64,000 nucleotides of DNA from Octopus vulgaris (Eukaryota): contig OX597819.1 of assembly GCA_951406725.2 (NCBI GenBank), positions 5,022,001-5,086,000 of the forward strand. The letters are read 5' to 3'. Positions 11,910 through 24,984 of the stretch are shown here, in pieces. A model generated the notes under the pieces. The model saw only the letters and a list, made by a program, of their open reading frames with translations. It did not search any database and was not told the origin of the DNA. Made by a program: the position numbers and the translations under genes. Numbering within the stretch: the first letter of the stretch is position 1; each line of letters starts with the position of its first letter.

Positions 11910-12229
11910 TTGAAACACTTCATTTCACATTGCCTCAGTCAATGCAGTTGTAAATAGGTAACCCTGCAATGGTCTGGCATTCCATTCCGAGGGAATGTTG
12001 GCCTGCCTGCCTTGCCACACATTTACATTTCTATGTCCATGAGAAAATACAGAACATTCCAGTCTCATTGTACCTCTCCTATATATTATGTTACAAATTG
12101 TGACAGCATTATTTATTATTCTGGTTCATTTTAATAAAACTAGATAATAATAAATTACCCATCTGATTAGCATTAGTTATCTTATAGTTGAAGTTAATTT
12201 AGGTTGATGTAATGTATTTACTAATTCTT

Positions 12230-12842
12230 TTATCTTTTACTTGTGTTAGTCATTTGACTGCAGCTGTGCTGGGGGATTGCCTTGAAATGTTTTAGCCGAC
12301 CCCAGGACGTTTTTTTAAAGCCAGGTACTTATTCTGTCAGTGTCTTTTGCCAAACTGCTTAGTTTATGGGGATGTAAACACTCCGACACTGGTTAAAGCA
12401 CCATCCGATCGTGGCCGTTGCCAGCTTCGCCCGGCCCCCGTGCCGGTGGCATGTAAAAAGCACCATCCGTCCGTGGCCGTTTGCCAGCCCCGTCTGGCAC
12501 CTGTGCGGGTGGCACATAAAAAGCACCCACTACACTCATGGAGTGGTTGGCATTAGGAAGGGCATCCAGCCGTAGAAACACTGCCAGATCAAACTGGGCC
12601 TGATGCAGCCTTCTGGCTTCACAGACCCAGTTGAACCGTCCAACCCATGCTAGCATGGAAAGCGAATGCTAAATATATATATATGATGGGCTTCTTTCAG
12701 TTTCAGCCCACCAAATCCACTCACAAGGCATTGGTTGGCCTGAGGCTATAGTAGAAGACACTTGCCCAAGGTGCCACACAGTGGGTCTGAACCCGGAATC
12801 GTGTGGTTGGAAAGTAAGCTTCTTACCACACAACCACCCTGA
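12230..12842 (-). mobile_element. SINE-A interrupted by an RTE 3'-UTR fragment
   Basis: SINE-A 3' part 12230-12394 and 5' part 12674-12842 bracket the insert. Confidence 0.75.
12395..12673 (+). mobile_element. RTE 3'-UTR fragment
   Basis: Reverse-complement match to 3410-3700 (aagcaccatccg repeats, gagtggttggcattaggaagggcatccagccgtagaaac, catgctagcatggaaagc). Confidence 0.85.
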
Positions 12843-13319
12843 TTTTGAGTTTCAACTTTACTGTAATGATTGTGAAGAAGATGCTGACTGCTGCAACAGA
12901 TACCAAGACTATTTTACAGTTGAGTGGTTAGAGGCAAGAATAGTTTCTTGATTTATAAATAGTCATTTCTCACCTAAGCTATGAAAGAAAAAGGGATAAA
13001 AACAAAACAAAAAACAAAAAAGAAAACATCAAGTGAAAGACTTGAATTTCTGTTAAGCTTGTTTTTCTAACAGATTTCAGTAGATATGTGGTTGTCCCAA
13101 AAGTGTTTAGAAATTATTACTGATAAAAACTGGGTTCAGAATCTTTCTTTTAGGATAAATATTCTTTTAAGTGATATGACTATTTGAGAATTATATCTAC
13201 TTTGATGATGTTAAGGGCAATGAAAATTAAGAATTTTTAAGATTTGTGTTCAGTCCCATTACATGGCATTTTGGGCAACTGACTTCCACTATTGCTGTGG
13301 TAGAAGACACTTGCATACA

Positions 13320-13488
13320 CGGTAATTACAAAAACACAAATTACGCAATTTGCGAAGTAAATACAGCAATGCCACTCAGCACACTGCCTCATGAAGGCCA
13401 CTAATAGCTTTCAATGTACATGTAACCGTGTGCTGCCATCTGTTGATGCGCTACAAAACTAGTCCAGGAACTTTTTGATACCACCTAG

Positions 13489-13490
<2 letters not shown>
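13320..13490. mobile_element. Mariner-like terminal fragment
   Basis: Ends gaactttttgataccacctagTA, resembling a mariner TIR followed by TA; the other end is not visible. Confidence 0.4.
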
Positions 13491-13533
<43 letters not shown>

Positions 13534-13538
<5 letters not shown>

Positions 13539-13742
13539 TAATCCAAACAAGAAAACACAAAAAGACACAAAAACACAACAACGCGAGGACGTGGAACAAA
13601 TAAAGTATTATTGGACGCTCAGGAAAGAAGGGAAGAAGGAGGGTTTAACATTTCGAGTGGAGCTCTTCGTCGGAAACATAGGAGAAGGAAAGATCCCGAG
13701 AAGGGAAGACAGAGGAAAAAATCGCCAGCGGTACTCACGAGG
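13534..13742 (-). mobile_element. Penelope-like LTR fragment with a hammerhead-like core
   Basis: 13643-13677 minus: gttt CCGACGA a gag ctcca ctc GAAA tgtt aaac; lies between (TA)n tracts. Confidence 0.6.
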
Positions 13743-13744
13743 TG

Positions 13745-13780
<36 letters not shown>

Positions 13781-15126
13781 TATGTATGTATGTGTGTTTT
13801 TGTGTTTGGTCCCCACCAATGCTTGACAAACAGTTTGGTTTGTTTACATCCCCTTAACTTAACAGTTTAGCAAAGAGACTGATAGAATAAGTATCAGACT
13901 TTGAAAAAACACACAAAAAAACATAAGGTACTGGGAATGATTTATTCAAATAAACCTTTCCAGGTAGTGCCCCAGCTTGACCATAGTTTTAATAAGTGAA
14001 ACAAGTAAAAATAGACTAAAGAACTATTTTTTGGGTTTCAGTTTCATTTTTCTGAGTGGTTTAGGGGATAATAAAATAGTGATTTTTTTTTTTTATCATT
14101 TGACAGCTGAGTTCATTATGTAAGGGTTTAACTTAGCGCAGAAATTTTGATTTATTTATTATACGCGTTCTAGAATGTATACTAACTCCATAGTTACAAG
14201 TAATTTGATGAAGTTTTAATATTTCCCCACCTTAAATGTTTAGTAGATATTTGTAGTTATAAATCTTCTAGGTGCTTCTAGACCAGTGCTAGAAAATGAA
14301 ATTAAAACTCAAAATGTTCCACTTTCAGCATTAATTCTGTAATACTGTTTACTCTTACTGTTATTCTGCAACAGATGGATTGAGCTAAAGAAGCTACCCT
14401 TTGGTCACCCAACCTGCAAGAGATAGCAGCTAAGTTACCCTCAAATTACTGTATACATCTTAAAAAAAGGAAGAAAGAAAAAGGAAATACAGTGGGTAAT
14501 GTTGTTCAAGATACTCCTAAAAAGTTGGGGTGGTTGTGATAGGTAAATTTGACCATATATCTGCTTTGTTGGTGAAGGTTGACTTAGGATCAAGCAACAA
14601 TAACAATAGAGGAATATCTATAAATTTTGCTTCACACAGAGTAGGTTAGTTGTTAAGTTGCCTCAATCAGATCCACAGAAATAAATCTTTAGCATGCAGT
14701 TAGTTGACTGATAGTATTAAATGTCGTAAAGATTTATGACTTGAATTAAGAGGTATTTCAAAGGCAGCAGAGTGTTTGTTGAGAACTTCACATGCAGGTT
14801 GAGTGACTATGACACATCTGTTACTAGATTGGACTAGTTTAACTGAGATACTGCTGTTCGTACAGTCTTTTATCTTTGTATGTTGGTAAAATAATATGTA
14901 AGATATCTATTATCTTTTACTTGTTTCAGTCATTGGACAGCAGCCATAAAGGGTTTAGATGAAAAAAAGACCAATCCAAGTATTTATTTTTAAGCCTTGT
15001 ACTTATTCTATCAGTCTCTTTTGCTGAAATGCTTTGTTACAGCAATGTAAAAAAACCAATACCAGTTGTTAAGCAGTAGTGGGGGACAAACACAAAGACA
15101 CACACACATACATATATATATATATA

Positions 15127-15413
15127 GTGCTGCCTCGACTGGCTTCCGTGCAGGTGGCGCGTAAAATGCACCAATCCGACCGTGGCCGTTGCCAGCCTCA
15201 CCTGGCACCTGTGCAGGTGGCACGTAAAATGCACCCACTACACTCACGGAGTGGTTGGCGTTAGGGAGGGCATCCAGCCGTAGAAACACTGCCAGATAAG
15301 ACTGGAGCCTGGTGCAGCCTTCTGGCTTCCCAGATCCCCGGTCGAACCGTCCAACCCATGCTAGCATGGAGAACGGACGTTAAACGATGATGATGATGAT
15401 GATGATGATGATG
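15127..15413 (+). mobile_element. RTE 3'-UTR fragment with long (GAT)n tail, next to a SINE-A microsatellite
   Basis: Matches the 3' UTR of the 3400-4352 element; ends taaac followed by ~9 GAT; SINE-A 3' half at 14911-15126 precedes it. Confidence 0.85.
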
Positions 15414-15416
15414 ACA

Positions 15417-15745
15417 TACAGGGTGTGATAGGTAAATTGTTGCCATTTTATATTTTTTAATTTCGTGCATTGTTTGTTTTTGATTTTGTTGACGACACAG
15501 TATAGTGGGGTCAGTTGATGCAATTCACTCTGCCAGAGATTTGGAAACGACATGCTTCACTGCTTGTCATTCATGCAGGAAGCTCCAATATGAACATTCC
15601 TGAGTATTTGGATGTCAATCTGAGGACAGTGCAGAGGACTCAGAAACAGTTGGATGAGTCTAACCAGGATTATGAAGGTACGGTAGCTTGGAAAACTCAC
15701 TCTGAGCGTCCTAATAAGAAAAGAACTCCTGCATTTGTTGGTGAG
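15417..15745 (+). mobile_element. Tc1/mariner-superfamily transposon 5' fragment (TIR plus N-terminal HTH of transposase)
   Basis: Begins TA|cagggtg; ORF 15515..15796 reads KRHASLLVIHAGSSNMNIPEYLDVNLRTVQRTQKQ...RPNKKRTPAFV, resembling a paired-type HTH N-terminus; truncated. Confidence 0.65.
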
Positions 15746-16414
15746 AAAAACAAAAAAACACAAACCATTTTTTTAATGTTAAAATTCTTTACTTGAAGTT
15801 GTTTTGCCTTATCTAACAATTTGGTAATTGGCCAGGTTTCTTCCCTAAGATTTAAATTTAGAAAGACTTTGTTTTGTTGCTGATAAGCTCTTTAAATACT
15901 ATTCTTTTGGGGGACTTAGAAAATTGAGCCAACTGAAAGCTACCAGCAACTTGAGTAGTTGCCTGGAGTGCCATGTGGTAGGAGGAACCATGTCATGTGT
16001 TTGGGATATTCCAAATACAAAGATACTCAGACTCTTTCACCCAACTCATCATCACCCTATTTTCTAATTTGTCTATCGGTATATTATACTAGTGCCCTCA
16101 ATCCTTCCTGTACTGCTACTTATCAACTCCTTCTTAAGTCATTCCTATTTCTTTCACCTGCCTCACCCTACTATTATTTATTATCCATCACACCTCCACT
16201 CTTCTTTCTTTTCTCTTTTGTTTGAAACTGCAGCCAGACTGGGACATGGCCTTGAAAGATTTTCATGGAACAAGTTGACCCCAGTGCTTATTTTTGAAAG
16301 TCTGGTACTTATTCTATTGGTCTCTATTGCTAAACTGCTGTGAAGGGGATATAAACAAACTAACACCAATTGTCAAGTGGTGGTGATAGATCACAGGCAA
16401 ACATGCACAGACGC

Positions 16415-17000
16415 CTGTGCTACTGACACATAAAAGGCACCTGTGCCAGTGACACATAAAAGGCACCTGTGCCAGTGACACATAAAAGGCACCTGTGCCG
16501 GTGACACATAAAAGGCACTTGTGCTACTGACACATAAAAGGCACCTGTGCCGGTGACACATAAAAGGCACCTGTGCCGGTGACACATAAAAGGCACCTGT
16601 GCCAGTGACACATAAAAGGCACCTGTGCCAGTGACACATAAAAGGCACCTGTGCCAGTGACACATAAAAGGCACCTGTGCCAGTGACACATAAAAGGCAC
16701 CTGTGCCAGTGACACATAAAAGGCACCTGTGCCAGTGACACAGAAAAGGCACTTGTGCTACTGACACATAAAAGGCACCTGTGCCAGTGACACATAAAAG
16801 GCACCTGTGCCAGTGACACATAAAAGGCACCTGTGCCAGTGACACATAAAAGGCACCTGTGCCAGTGACACATAAAAGGCACTTGTGCCAGTGACACATA
16901 AAAGGCACCTGTGCCAGTGACACATAAAAGGCACCTGTGCCAGTGACACATAAAAGGCACCTGTGCCAGTGACACATAAAAGGCACCTGTGCCGGTGACA
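16415..17000 (+). repeat. 26-bp minisatellite (gcacctgtgccagtgacacataaaag), ~22 copies
   Basis: Direct tandem units with no spacers; variants gcacttgtgctactgac and gccggtgac are interspersed. Confidence 0.97.
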
Positions 17001-17205
17001 TGTGAATGGCACTCGTGCTTTTGACATGCGAAAGACATCCAGTACACTCTGTCTGTGGTTGGTATTAGGAAGGGTATCCAGCCAAAGAAACCAAGCCAAA
17101 ACAGACTGGAGTCTGGTATAGCTCTCTGGCTTTAACATCTGCAGGCAAGCCATCTAATCCATGCTAGTATGGAAAATGGATGCTAAATGATGATGACGAT
17201 GATGA
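17001..17205 (+). mobile_element. Diverged RTE 3'-UTR terminus contiguous with the minisatellite
   Basis: gtggttggtattaggaagggtatccagcc...catgctagtatggaaaatggatgctaaatgatgatgacgatgatg. Confidence 0.75.
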
Positions 17206-17564
17206 CATGCGCCTGACTAGCTTCCACACAGTTTCTGTCTACCAAATTCACTCACAAGGCATTGGTTATGATATTTGATGTTAGATTCCCTGTCTTTCAC
17301 CTATTTTCCCCTGAGTTGTGCTTGGCAGTAGCACAAAATACACTGGAATATTGCAAAGGACAATGAAGCAAATGCTGTCATTCATTCAGTTAAACGATCC
17401 CCTACCTCTTTGTCTGGTCTGATACAAATCATTAGTCTCTCATCTTTATCTTTCATCTTTTACGTGCTTCAGTTACTGAACTGCAGCCATACTGGAGCAC
17501 CACCTTGAAGGGTTTAGTTAAACACATCAACCCCAGTATTTATTTTTCTCAGTCTAGCACTTAC

Positions 17565-17784
17565 TTATTTCTTTACTACCCACAAGGGACTAAACACAGA
17601 GGGGACAAACAAGGACAGACAAACGGATTGAGTCATTTATATCGACCCCAGTGCATAACTGGTACTTAATTTATCGACCCCGAAAGGATGAAAGGCAAAG
17701 TCGACCTCGGCGAAATATGAACTCAGAACGTAACGGCAGACGAAATACTGCTAAGCATTTCACCCGGCGTGCTAACGATTCTGC
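17565..17784 (-). mobile_element. SINE-B inserted into SINE-A
   Basis: Reverse complement of the 56078-56303 family; gcacttac on both sides is a possible TSD. Confidence 0.85.
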
Positions 17785-17867
17785 ACTTACCTGCTATATT
17801 ACAGGGACATAAACAAACCAGTACCAACTGTCAAGCAATGATGGATTATCAACACATGTATAAGTGC

Positions 17868-18258
17868 TGGCATGGCTGTGTGGTCGGAAGTTTACTTCCC
17901 TATGGCATGATTCTGGGTCCAGTCTCACTGTGTGGCATCTTGGGTAACTGTCTTCTACTACAGCCCTGAACTGATCAAAACTCTGTGAGTGGATTTGGTA
18001 GATGGAAACTGAAGGAACCCCATATGTACATGTGTATGTATGTCTTTGTGTTTGTCTCCCTTCACTGCTTGACAACTGGTATTCATTTGTTAATGTCCTA
18101 TAACTTAGCAGTTCAGCAAAAGATTGATAGAATAAGTACCAGGCTTAAAAGACAAAATATATTAGTACTGGGGTTGATTCCTTTGACTAAAACCCTTCAA
18201 AGGCAGTGCCTCATTATGACCACAGTCTAATGACTAAAACAAAGTACAGGATAAAAGA
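17868..18258 (+). mobile_element. SINE-A, diverged full length
   Basis: Head ggcatggctgtgtggtcggaagtttacttccc through tail tgactaaaacaaagtac. Confidence 0.75.
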
Positions 18259-18432
18259 TACATATATATGGAACAGGCTTGCTCACAATTTCCATTTACC
18301 AAATTCAGTTGCATGGCTTTAGTCAGTCCATAACTATAGTAGAAGATTCTTGCCCATGGTGCTTTGCAGTGGGATCAAACACAGGCTTTTTAGATTATTT
18401 AATTTTCATTAATGTTCATGAACTTCATTTAA

Positions 18433-18647
18433 CCCTTTAATATCCAGATGACTCTCTCAAATGTAATGCTTATTTATTCACCTTGTTTTGAAGAAATCAT
18501 GGATAATTTTGTAGCATTGAGATTACAGTGATGTGATTGTTTACTTTTAGAATGGCAGTGTAGGTGTAAGAGGCTGGACCTGGCCAATTTGAACAATAAA
18601 CAAATAGAATATTTGGGCTGGATATGGCCAGCTTGAATGCTAAAGGG
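18433..18647. mobile_element. piggyBac-type MITE (~220 bp)
   Basis: TTAA|CCCTTTA...TAAAGGG|TTAA. Confidence 0.85.
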
Positions 18648-19056
18648 TTAATGTATAACTAGCTTTGAACACAGTCTCTCTTATCACGAAGAATGATCTC
18701 TCCATAATTCTGTAAAGAATTTGTTCAGTATGGTGTTAGTATGTCCTTCAATGGTTTCATTGAAATTTTTACTCATCAGACCAATAAAATAAATACTAGG
18801 TTGATTCAGTCATTTACATCTAACTCTTAACAATTTGTGTCTTTGTACTAATAATGTAAGAAATCAATACTGCGCAATATTATCCTCATTTCATAGAGCA
18901 GAAGAATTTATTTCAGAAATGAAAGGAAAATAAAAGCAATTTTTTAAAGTCCTTTCAAATACTGCAGTTTTTATCAGTTTCTATACTCCAAACATTAGGA
19001 GGTAGGATCTATTCTTTTAGCTGGTCACCTGTTAAGGTGCTGCTATAAGTCTACAG

Positions 19057-19682
19057 GGGCAGACGTAGCTGTGTGCTAAAAAGTTTGCTTCCAACCACAT
19101 GATTCCAGGTTTATTCTTACTGCGTGGCGCCTTAGGCAAGTGTCTTCTATTTTAACCTCAGGTCGACCAAGCCTTGTGAGTGGATTTAGTCGACAGAAAC
19201 TGAGAAACTGAAAGAAGCCTTTCATATATGTCTATATTTATGTGTGTGTCTTTATGTCTGTGTTCGTCTCTAGCGCTTGACAACTGATGTTGGTGTGTTT
19301 ATGTCCCCATAACTTAGTAGTTAGGCAAAAGAGATTGATAAAATAAGTACTAAGCTTACAAAGAATAAATCCTGGGGTTGATTTCTTTGACCAAAAAATC
19401 CTTTAACCCTTTTGTATTTAAACCGGCCCTATCCGGCCAAAATATTTAATCCGTTTTATGTTCAAACTGACCAGATCCAGGCTCTCACACCTACCCTACA
19501 ATGTTATTCTACATTAAGTAATTACACCATCAAGATCTTGAAGATATGAGATAATGCATGATTAATTCAAATCAATGGGAATCAATAGGCATTATGTTTG
19601 ATAGAATTGTCTGAACACTAAAGGGTTAAGGCTGTGCCCCAACATGGCTGCAGTAAAGTGACTGAAACAAGTAAAAGAAAAA
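19057..19682 (+). mobile_element. SINE-A with a piggyBac MITE inserted in its 3' part
   Basis: SINE body continues on both sides of the MITE at 19407-19625. Confidence 0.8.
19407..19625. mobile_element. piggyBac-type MITE
   Basis: TTAA (19403-19406) duplicated at 19626-19629 inside the SINE's ctttaaggc site; termini CCCTTT...AAAGGG. Confidence 0.9.
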
Positions 19683-20293
19683 AATATAAGAAGGCAGTAT
19701 ACTTTGCTTGCAAGTTACTTAACTCTTTTGTTAGTTTATTTCTGTTGAGACGTGCACTGCTTTTGTTTTAGTTAAAATAATGAAGAGCTTGATAAAATAA
19801 TTTCCCCATTATGAAGCTGGTATCTGGAACAAATTAACATAAAATTTGGATGGAAGATTATTATTTAGATCACTTTAAATCTGTAAGTTTGTTTCGTAGA
19901 ACCAGGGGAGGTCTCAGGCAGGAAGGTATCAAAAGTGCTAAAGATAGTAAAAAATAGTAAAAGGTAACTAAATTTTTCCATAATGTTTAGTTTATTTATA
20001 GTCATGTCCCTTCATTAAAATAAGTTGCGCTCATATCACTTCAATAATTACAATAAAATAACTTTTAATATATTTTTTATTACAAGCTAATTTTAATACC
20101 TTAATTACTACTGTGTGCGAATGATTATAAGAGGCAGTATTATTACTACCGCAGTGATATTCTAATGTTGTAGTTAACAGTATTAACCAACTTAAATTTG
20201 CTTGTAGCTCTAGTACTAATTTATGCTGAAGGAGCTGCTTACTTATCATAATAGTTAGAATAGTAAAAATTATAAACTCTTAATCTCTTTAGG

Positions 20294-20619
20294 TCATCAT
20301 CATCATCATCATCATTTAGCGTCCGCTTTCCATGCTAGCATGGGTTGGACGGTTCAACTGGGGTCTGTGAAGCCAGAAAGCTGCATCAGGCCCAGTCTGA
20401 TCTGACAATGTTTCTACGGCTGGATGCCCTTCCTAACGCCAACCACTCCGTGAGTGTAGTGGGTGCTTTTTACGTGCCACCCGCTTAGGTGCCAGACAGA
20501 GCTGGCAAACGGCCACGGACAGATGGTGCTTTTTACGTGCCACCGGCACGGGGGCCAGTCGAGGCTGGCAACGGCCATGATCGGATGGTGCTTTTTACGT
20601 GCCACCGGCACGGGGGCCA
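20294..20619 (-). mobile_element. RTE 3'-UTR fragment with (GAT)n tail
   Basis: (cat)n ttagcgtccgctttccatgctagcatggg...; tandem ggtgctttttacgtgccacc units. Confidence 0.85.
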
Positions 20620-21764
20620 AGCGAGACTAATTAGCTTAGACTGTAAATTGTGTTTTGCAGTAAGATATATTATTCTGGTTGGACTAAAGAAAACGTAGTG
20701 AAAAATATAACTACAAAATAGAATTTAAAATATATTTTCTAAGCATTATAAAGTCGGTTTGCTTCTTTCAGCTTTGATACCTAAATACAGTTCATGACTT
20801 CATATCGGCTGCAAACATTTTACTCTTGGCTTTATAATTCTGCATTAACTCCTGGCTTTATATTAACTCAAATTAATGATCTTGAAAACAGATTGTGGTT
20901 TCCTATAAAATGGGAAATTATGTGTAAGTAACCATACTTAGGATTGCTAGTTTAAGCTAAAATTAGTCTGCTTTCAAATTTTCAATCACTGTAGAATATC
21001 ATCAGGTCATGATATACTTGCTATGTGCTTTTAAGTTTGGCTTGAACACTATTAACAATCTATCTGCATGATAAAGATTTGACAAACATAATGAAAGAGG
21101 ATGATTCACAACAACATTTATGAGCTTAAAACCAACAGCACACAGCAGGTTTAGTGTGAACTTCTGTAATTCATGGTAACCTGCTTTCAATCACGTTCTC
21201 TTGGAGCAAGCCTGTTGCATTCACATAAAAAATTACATTATATAATATGCAGTAAAAAGTATAAGAAATCGGTCTCCTATTTGCTTAGCTCCTTGCTTTT
21301 TCTTCAGGATGTACATAAAAATTGTTTTCTTTTTGCTGTCAGCCTTGTTTCTATTAAATCTATAGGGACAAATTGACATATGTAATATTACAAGGTACTA
21401 TTCTCAATGTTATGAGCTTAAATCTAAGGTTGTTGACTTTGATATTTTTCCTTCTAGAGATGATAAAATAAGTACTAAATTGACTTTGTATTTAAATAAA
21501 AAGACTATTTTTTTAATAAGCGTTAATAATGCTTAAATGGTTACATAGCCTGATTAATGATGGTTACATGACATAGATTCAAATAAGAGAAAGGCTTTCG
21601 TTTGTCAACCACTTTATAGAGTACACTGTAGTCAGAGGAGGTAAAATTCTGCTAAAAAAAATATTACTTTGTTATTATAACATCACCAGCATTAAATTAT
21701 GTCAACCATTGTGATATCATTTTTTGTTTTTGCATGTTCTACTTTTTATTCCTTATCAGAATTT

Positions 21765-21814
<50 letters not shown>

Positions 21815-21815
<1 letters not shown>

Positions 21816-22198
21816 TTGTTCCAGTCATTAGATTGTGACCATGCTGGGGCACTGCCTTGAATAATTCTTAGTGGAATGTATTGACACTAGTACTTATTTC
21901 TTTTTAAGCCTGATACTTATTCTATCAGTCTCTCTTTTGCCAAACCGCTAAGTTGTGAGGACGTAAACACACCAACACCAGTTGTCAAGCGGTGGATGGC
22001 GGACAATCTCATGCACAAAGGCACACATACATATACGATGGGCTTCCTTCAGGTTCTGCCAACCTAATCCACTCACAAGGCTTTGATTGACCCGAGGCTA
22101 TAGTAGAGGACACTTGCCCAAGCTACCTTGCAATGGGACTGAACCCAGAACCATGTAGTTGGGAAGCAAGCTTCTTACTACACAGCCATGTCTGCATC
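21815..22198 (-). mobile_element. SINE-A, near full length
   Basis: cttgttccagtcattagattgtgacc ... cttcttactacacagccatgtctgc. Confidence 0.8.
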
Positions 22199-23527
22199 TG
22201 TATATATATGTTTAAGTATATATCTTGTATCTTTTGTTTCAGTCATTAGACTATGGCCATGCTGGAGCACTACCTAGAAGAATTTCAGTTGAATGAACCA
22301 ACCCCAGTACATATTTTTTTAAACCTAGTACTTATTCTATTTCCCTCTTTTGCTGAACTGCTAAGAATGCAGGCACAAAGAGACACACATCTCTCTCTAT
22401 ATATTTACGAACAAAAGCCCCCCCCCCCCCAGTCCAATGGACGGTGCTGAGTTGTCAAACATTTAAACCAAATTTTCTCAAAACAGCTTGTCCAACCGTC
22501 CCATAGGCCTCCCCTTTGAGAAACACTGATTTAACCTAAATTTGAGACACCAGCAAAAGAAGAAATAAAGATAGATTTTTTTTCTATCCCAAGAAAAACG
22601 ATTTTACAAATGCACATTTCCAGGCTTTATTGCTCGCATTCTTACCTGGAATCGATTTTTGTAATTTTTTCAAGACTTATACATGCCCTGATACTGTTGA
22701 TATCTACGTATCAAATTTGAGCGCAATCGGATGGGGGATGCTCGAGATCCTAGAAGACATACAGACATACAGAACGGATTTTATATAATAGATATATATG
22801 ACAGGTTTCTTTCAGTTTCTGTCTACAAAATCCATTTACACTGCTTAACAACCACTGTTGCTTTGTTTACATCCCTGTAATTTACCAGTTCGGCAAAAGA
22901 AATTAATAGAATAAGTACCAGATTTAAAAAATAAGTCCTGGGTCGATTCATTAAACTAAAAATTCTTCTAATGTCTTGAACAAATAGAAGGTAAAAGAAA
23001 GATAATGTTAATATCCAATAATATCCATACCAAATAATCATGGTGGTGATTATTTTGTTGTTCATAATGTTGGTTATGGTGATAATTCAGACCCCTTTTG
23101 ATAGATATTGGTTGGAAAATCACAACAGGGTGTAAGTAGTAACTTGTCAAGTGTACAAACTTGTTAGGGTTTTGTAACACTATCCTGCAACAACTGGTTA
23201 TAAATAGCAGCAGTAGAACTCAATAACAGTTCTTTGATCCACTGTACCATGAAAGATATTTCTGGATTATCAATTTAGTTAGGCAACAGCTATATGTATG
23301 GACTTTGTTATGATTACTTTCCTCTCAGATTTTTGTAATCTTGATATCTTGACCATATTTGTGATTATAGCAAACTGAATAACTTCTATTTTTATATTTG
23401 TGCTTACCCATGCTCACATTTATGTGTTTCCTGAACTTATGTGAATAATAATTTGGGGATTTGATGTAGAAGCAAAGTGACTGAGTGGGTAAAGATATTC
23501 TAAATGTTAATGTTTTCTAAGCTTTAA

Positions 23528-23748
23528 CCCTTTAGTGTTCGCATTATTCTGCCAAAATTAATGCTTTTTCATCCAGATTGTTTTGAACTAATCATGCATT
23601 ATCTTGTAGCTATGAGATATTGACGAGGTAGCTGTTAATTTTTAAAACGATAGTGTAGGGTTGGTGTGAGAGACCAGCTCTGGCCAGTTTGAACATAAAA
23701 CAGGCAGAATACTTTTGGCCGGATATGGCCGGTTTAAATGCTAAAGGG
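23528..23748. mobile_element. piggyBac-type MITE
   Basis: TTAA|CCCTTTAG...CTAAAGGG|TTAA; interior is the reverse complement of 19407-19625. Confidence 0.9.
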
Positions 23749-24984
23749 TTAAAGGAATTGTTGTTTTGCCCCAGCTCTGTCTCAGTCAAAAAAGACTCAT
23801 CATCATTTAATATCCGTTTTCCATTAGTGGAGGCACATGGCTTAGTGGTTAGAGTGTTATACTCATGATTCTAAGATTGTGGTTTTGATTCCGGGACCAG
23901 GCAATGCATTGTGTTTTTGAGCAAAACACTTAACTTTGTGTTGTTCCAGTTCACTCAGCTGTAAAAATGAGTACCATTGCTTAGTGGTTAGGGATTCATG
24001 ACCATAAGATTATGGTTTCAATCCCTGGACTGGGTGATCCATTGTGTTCTTCAGCAAAACATTTAATTTCATGTTGCTCTAGTCCACTCAGCTATAGAAA
24101 TGAGTTAGGGATGGGCTCTGCCAGGCTTTCTTGCCCTAGATACACTGCATGCTGCAGTGCCCCAATGACCCCAAAGGGATTAAGGGACTTGTCAGTTGTC
24201 AATTTCCATGCAGGTATGGATTGGACGGTTTGACAGGAGCTGGCTAGGCAGAAGACTGCAACATGTTTCACTGTTTGTTTTGGTATGATTTATACAGCTG
24301 GATACCCTTCCTGACATTAACCACCCCACGGATTAGACTGAGTACTTCTTACATGGCACCAACACCAGCAAGGTCTGTCTTTGAAGGGTTTTGGCAGCTG
24401 GAGACCCTTCCAAATGCCAACCACTTTACAGTGTAAAGTGGGTGCTTTTTTATGTGCACCAACACTGCTAGGGTCACTGTGTAATTTGCAAGACAAAGAT
24501 CCTTTGAGAGAAGGTGGCCTTGTGTCAGATGACCATCCTGCCTTCATTTTCAAACTTATCTAGAACTACATTATCCAATGTCTTTTTCTCTTTCTCTCAC
24601 TTTCTGTTTTATTTTTTTGTTTTTGTTTTTTGAAGATATTAGAGAGTGTGATTTAACAGATTTGTGTAACATAATCATAAATCTTATATGATTCACTTTT
24701 CATTTTTCATGTGCGTTCAGATAAAATTCACTTCGGTATATATTGTGGGTGTGATATAGGACGTTCACCACTCAATCTGTGAAAGAGACATTGTTACCCC
24801 TACTTTCTGGAAACTTGAGGCAACCTTGAGCAAGTTTCAACAGACTCTCTTGCTTCCTATGCCAGAGGTGTAGTGAAGTCCAGTCTCACAAAACGGAAGA
24901 AAATGTGTCATGTGCCTTCAGTGATTGTGATGGTAGATAGCAGCTGCAGAAGTTTTCTATTGCTAACATTTTGCCCAAGGTATC

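Noticed and set aside
16415-17000. CRISPR-like array
   Set aside because: Units are contiguous with no unique spacers, there are no cas genes and the context is eukaryotic; it is a minisatellite.
16391-17047. 218-aa and 193-aa Cys/His-rich ORFs
   Set aside because: Artefacts of translating a stop-poor 26-bp repeat; the same peptides cycle through all frames.
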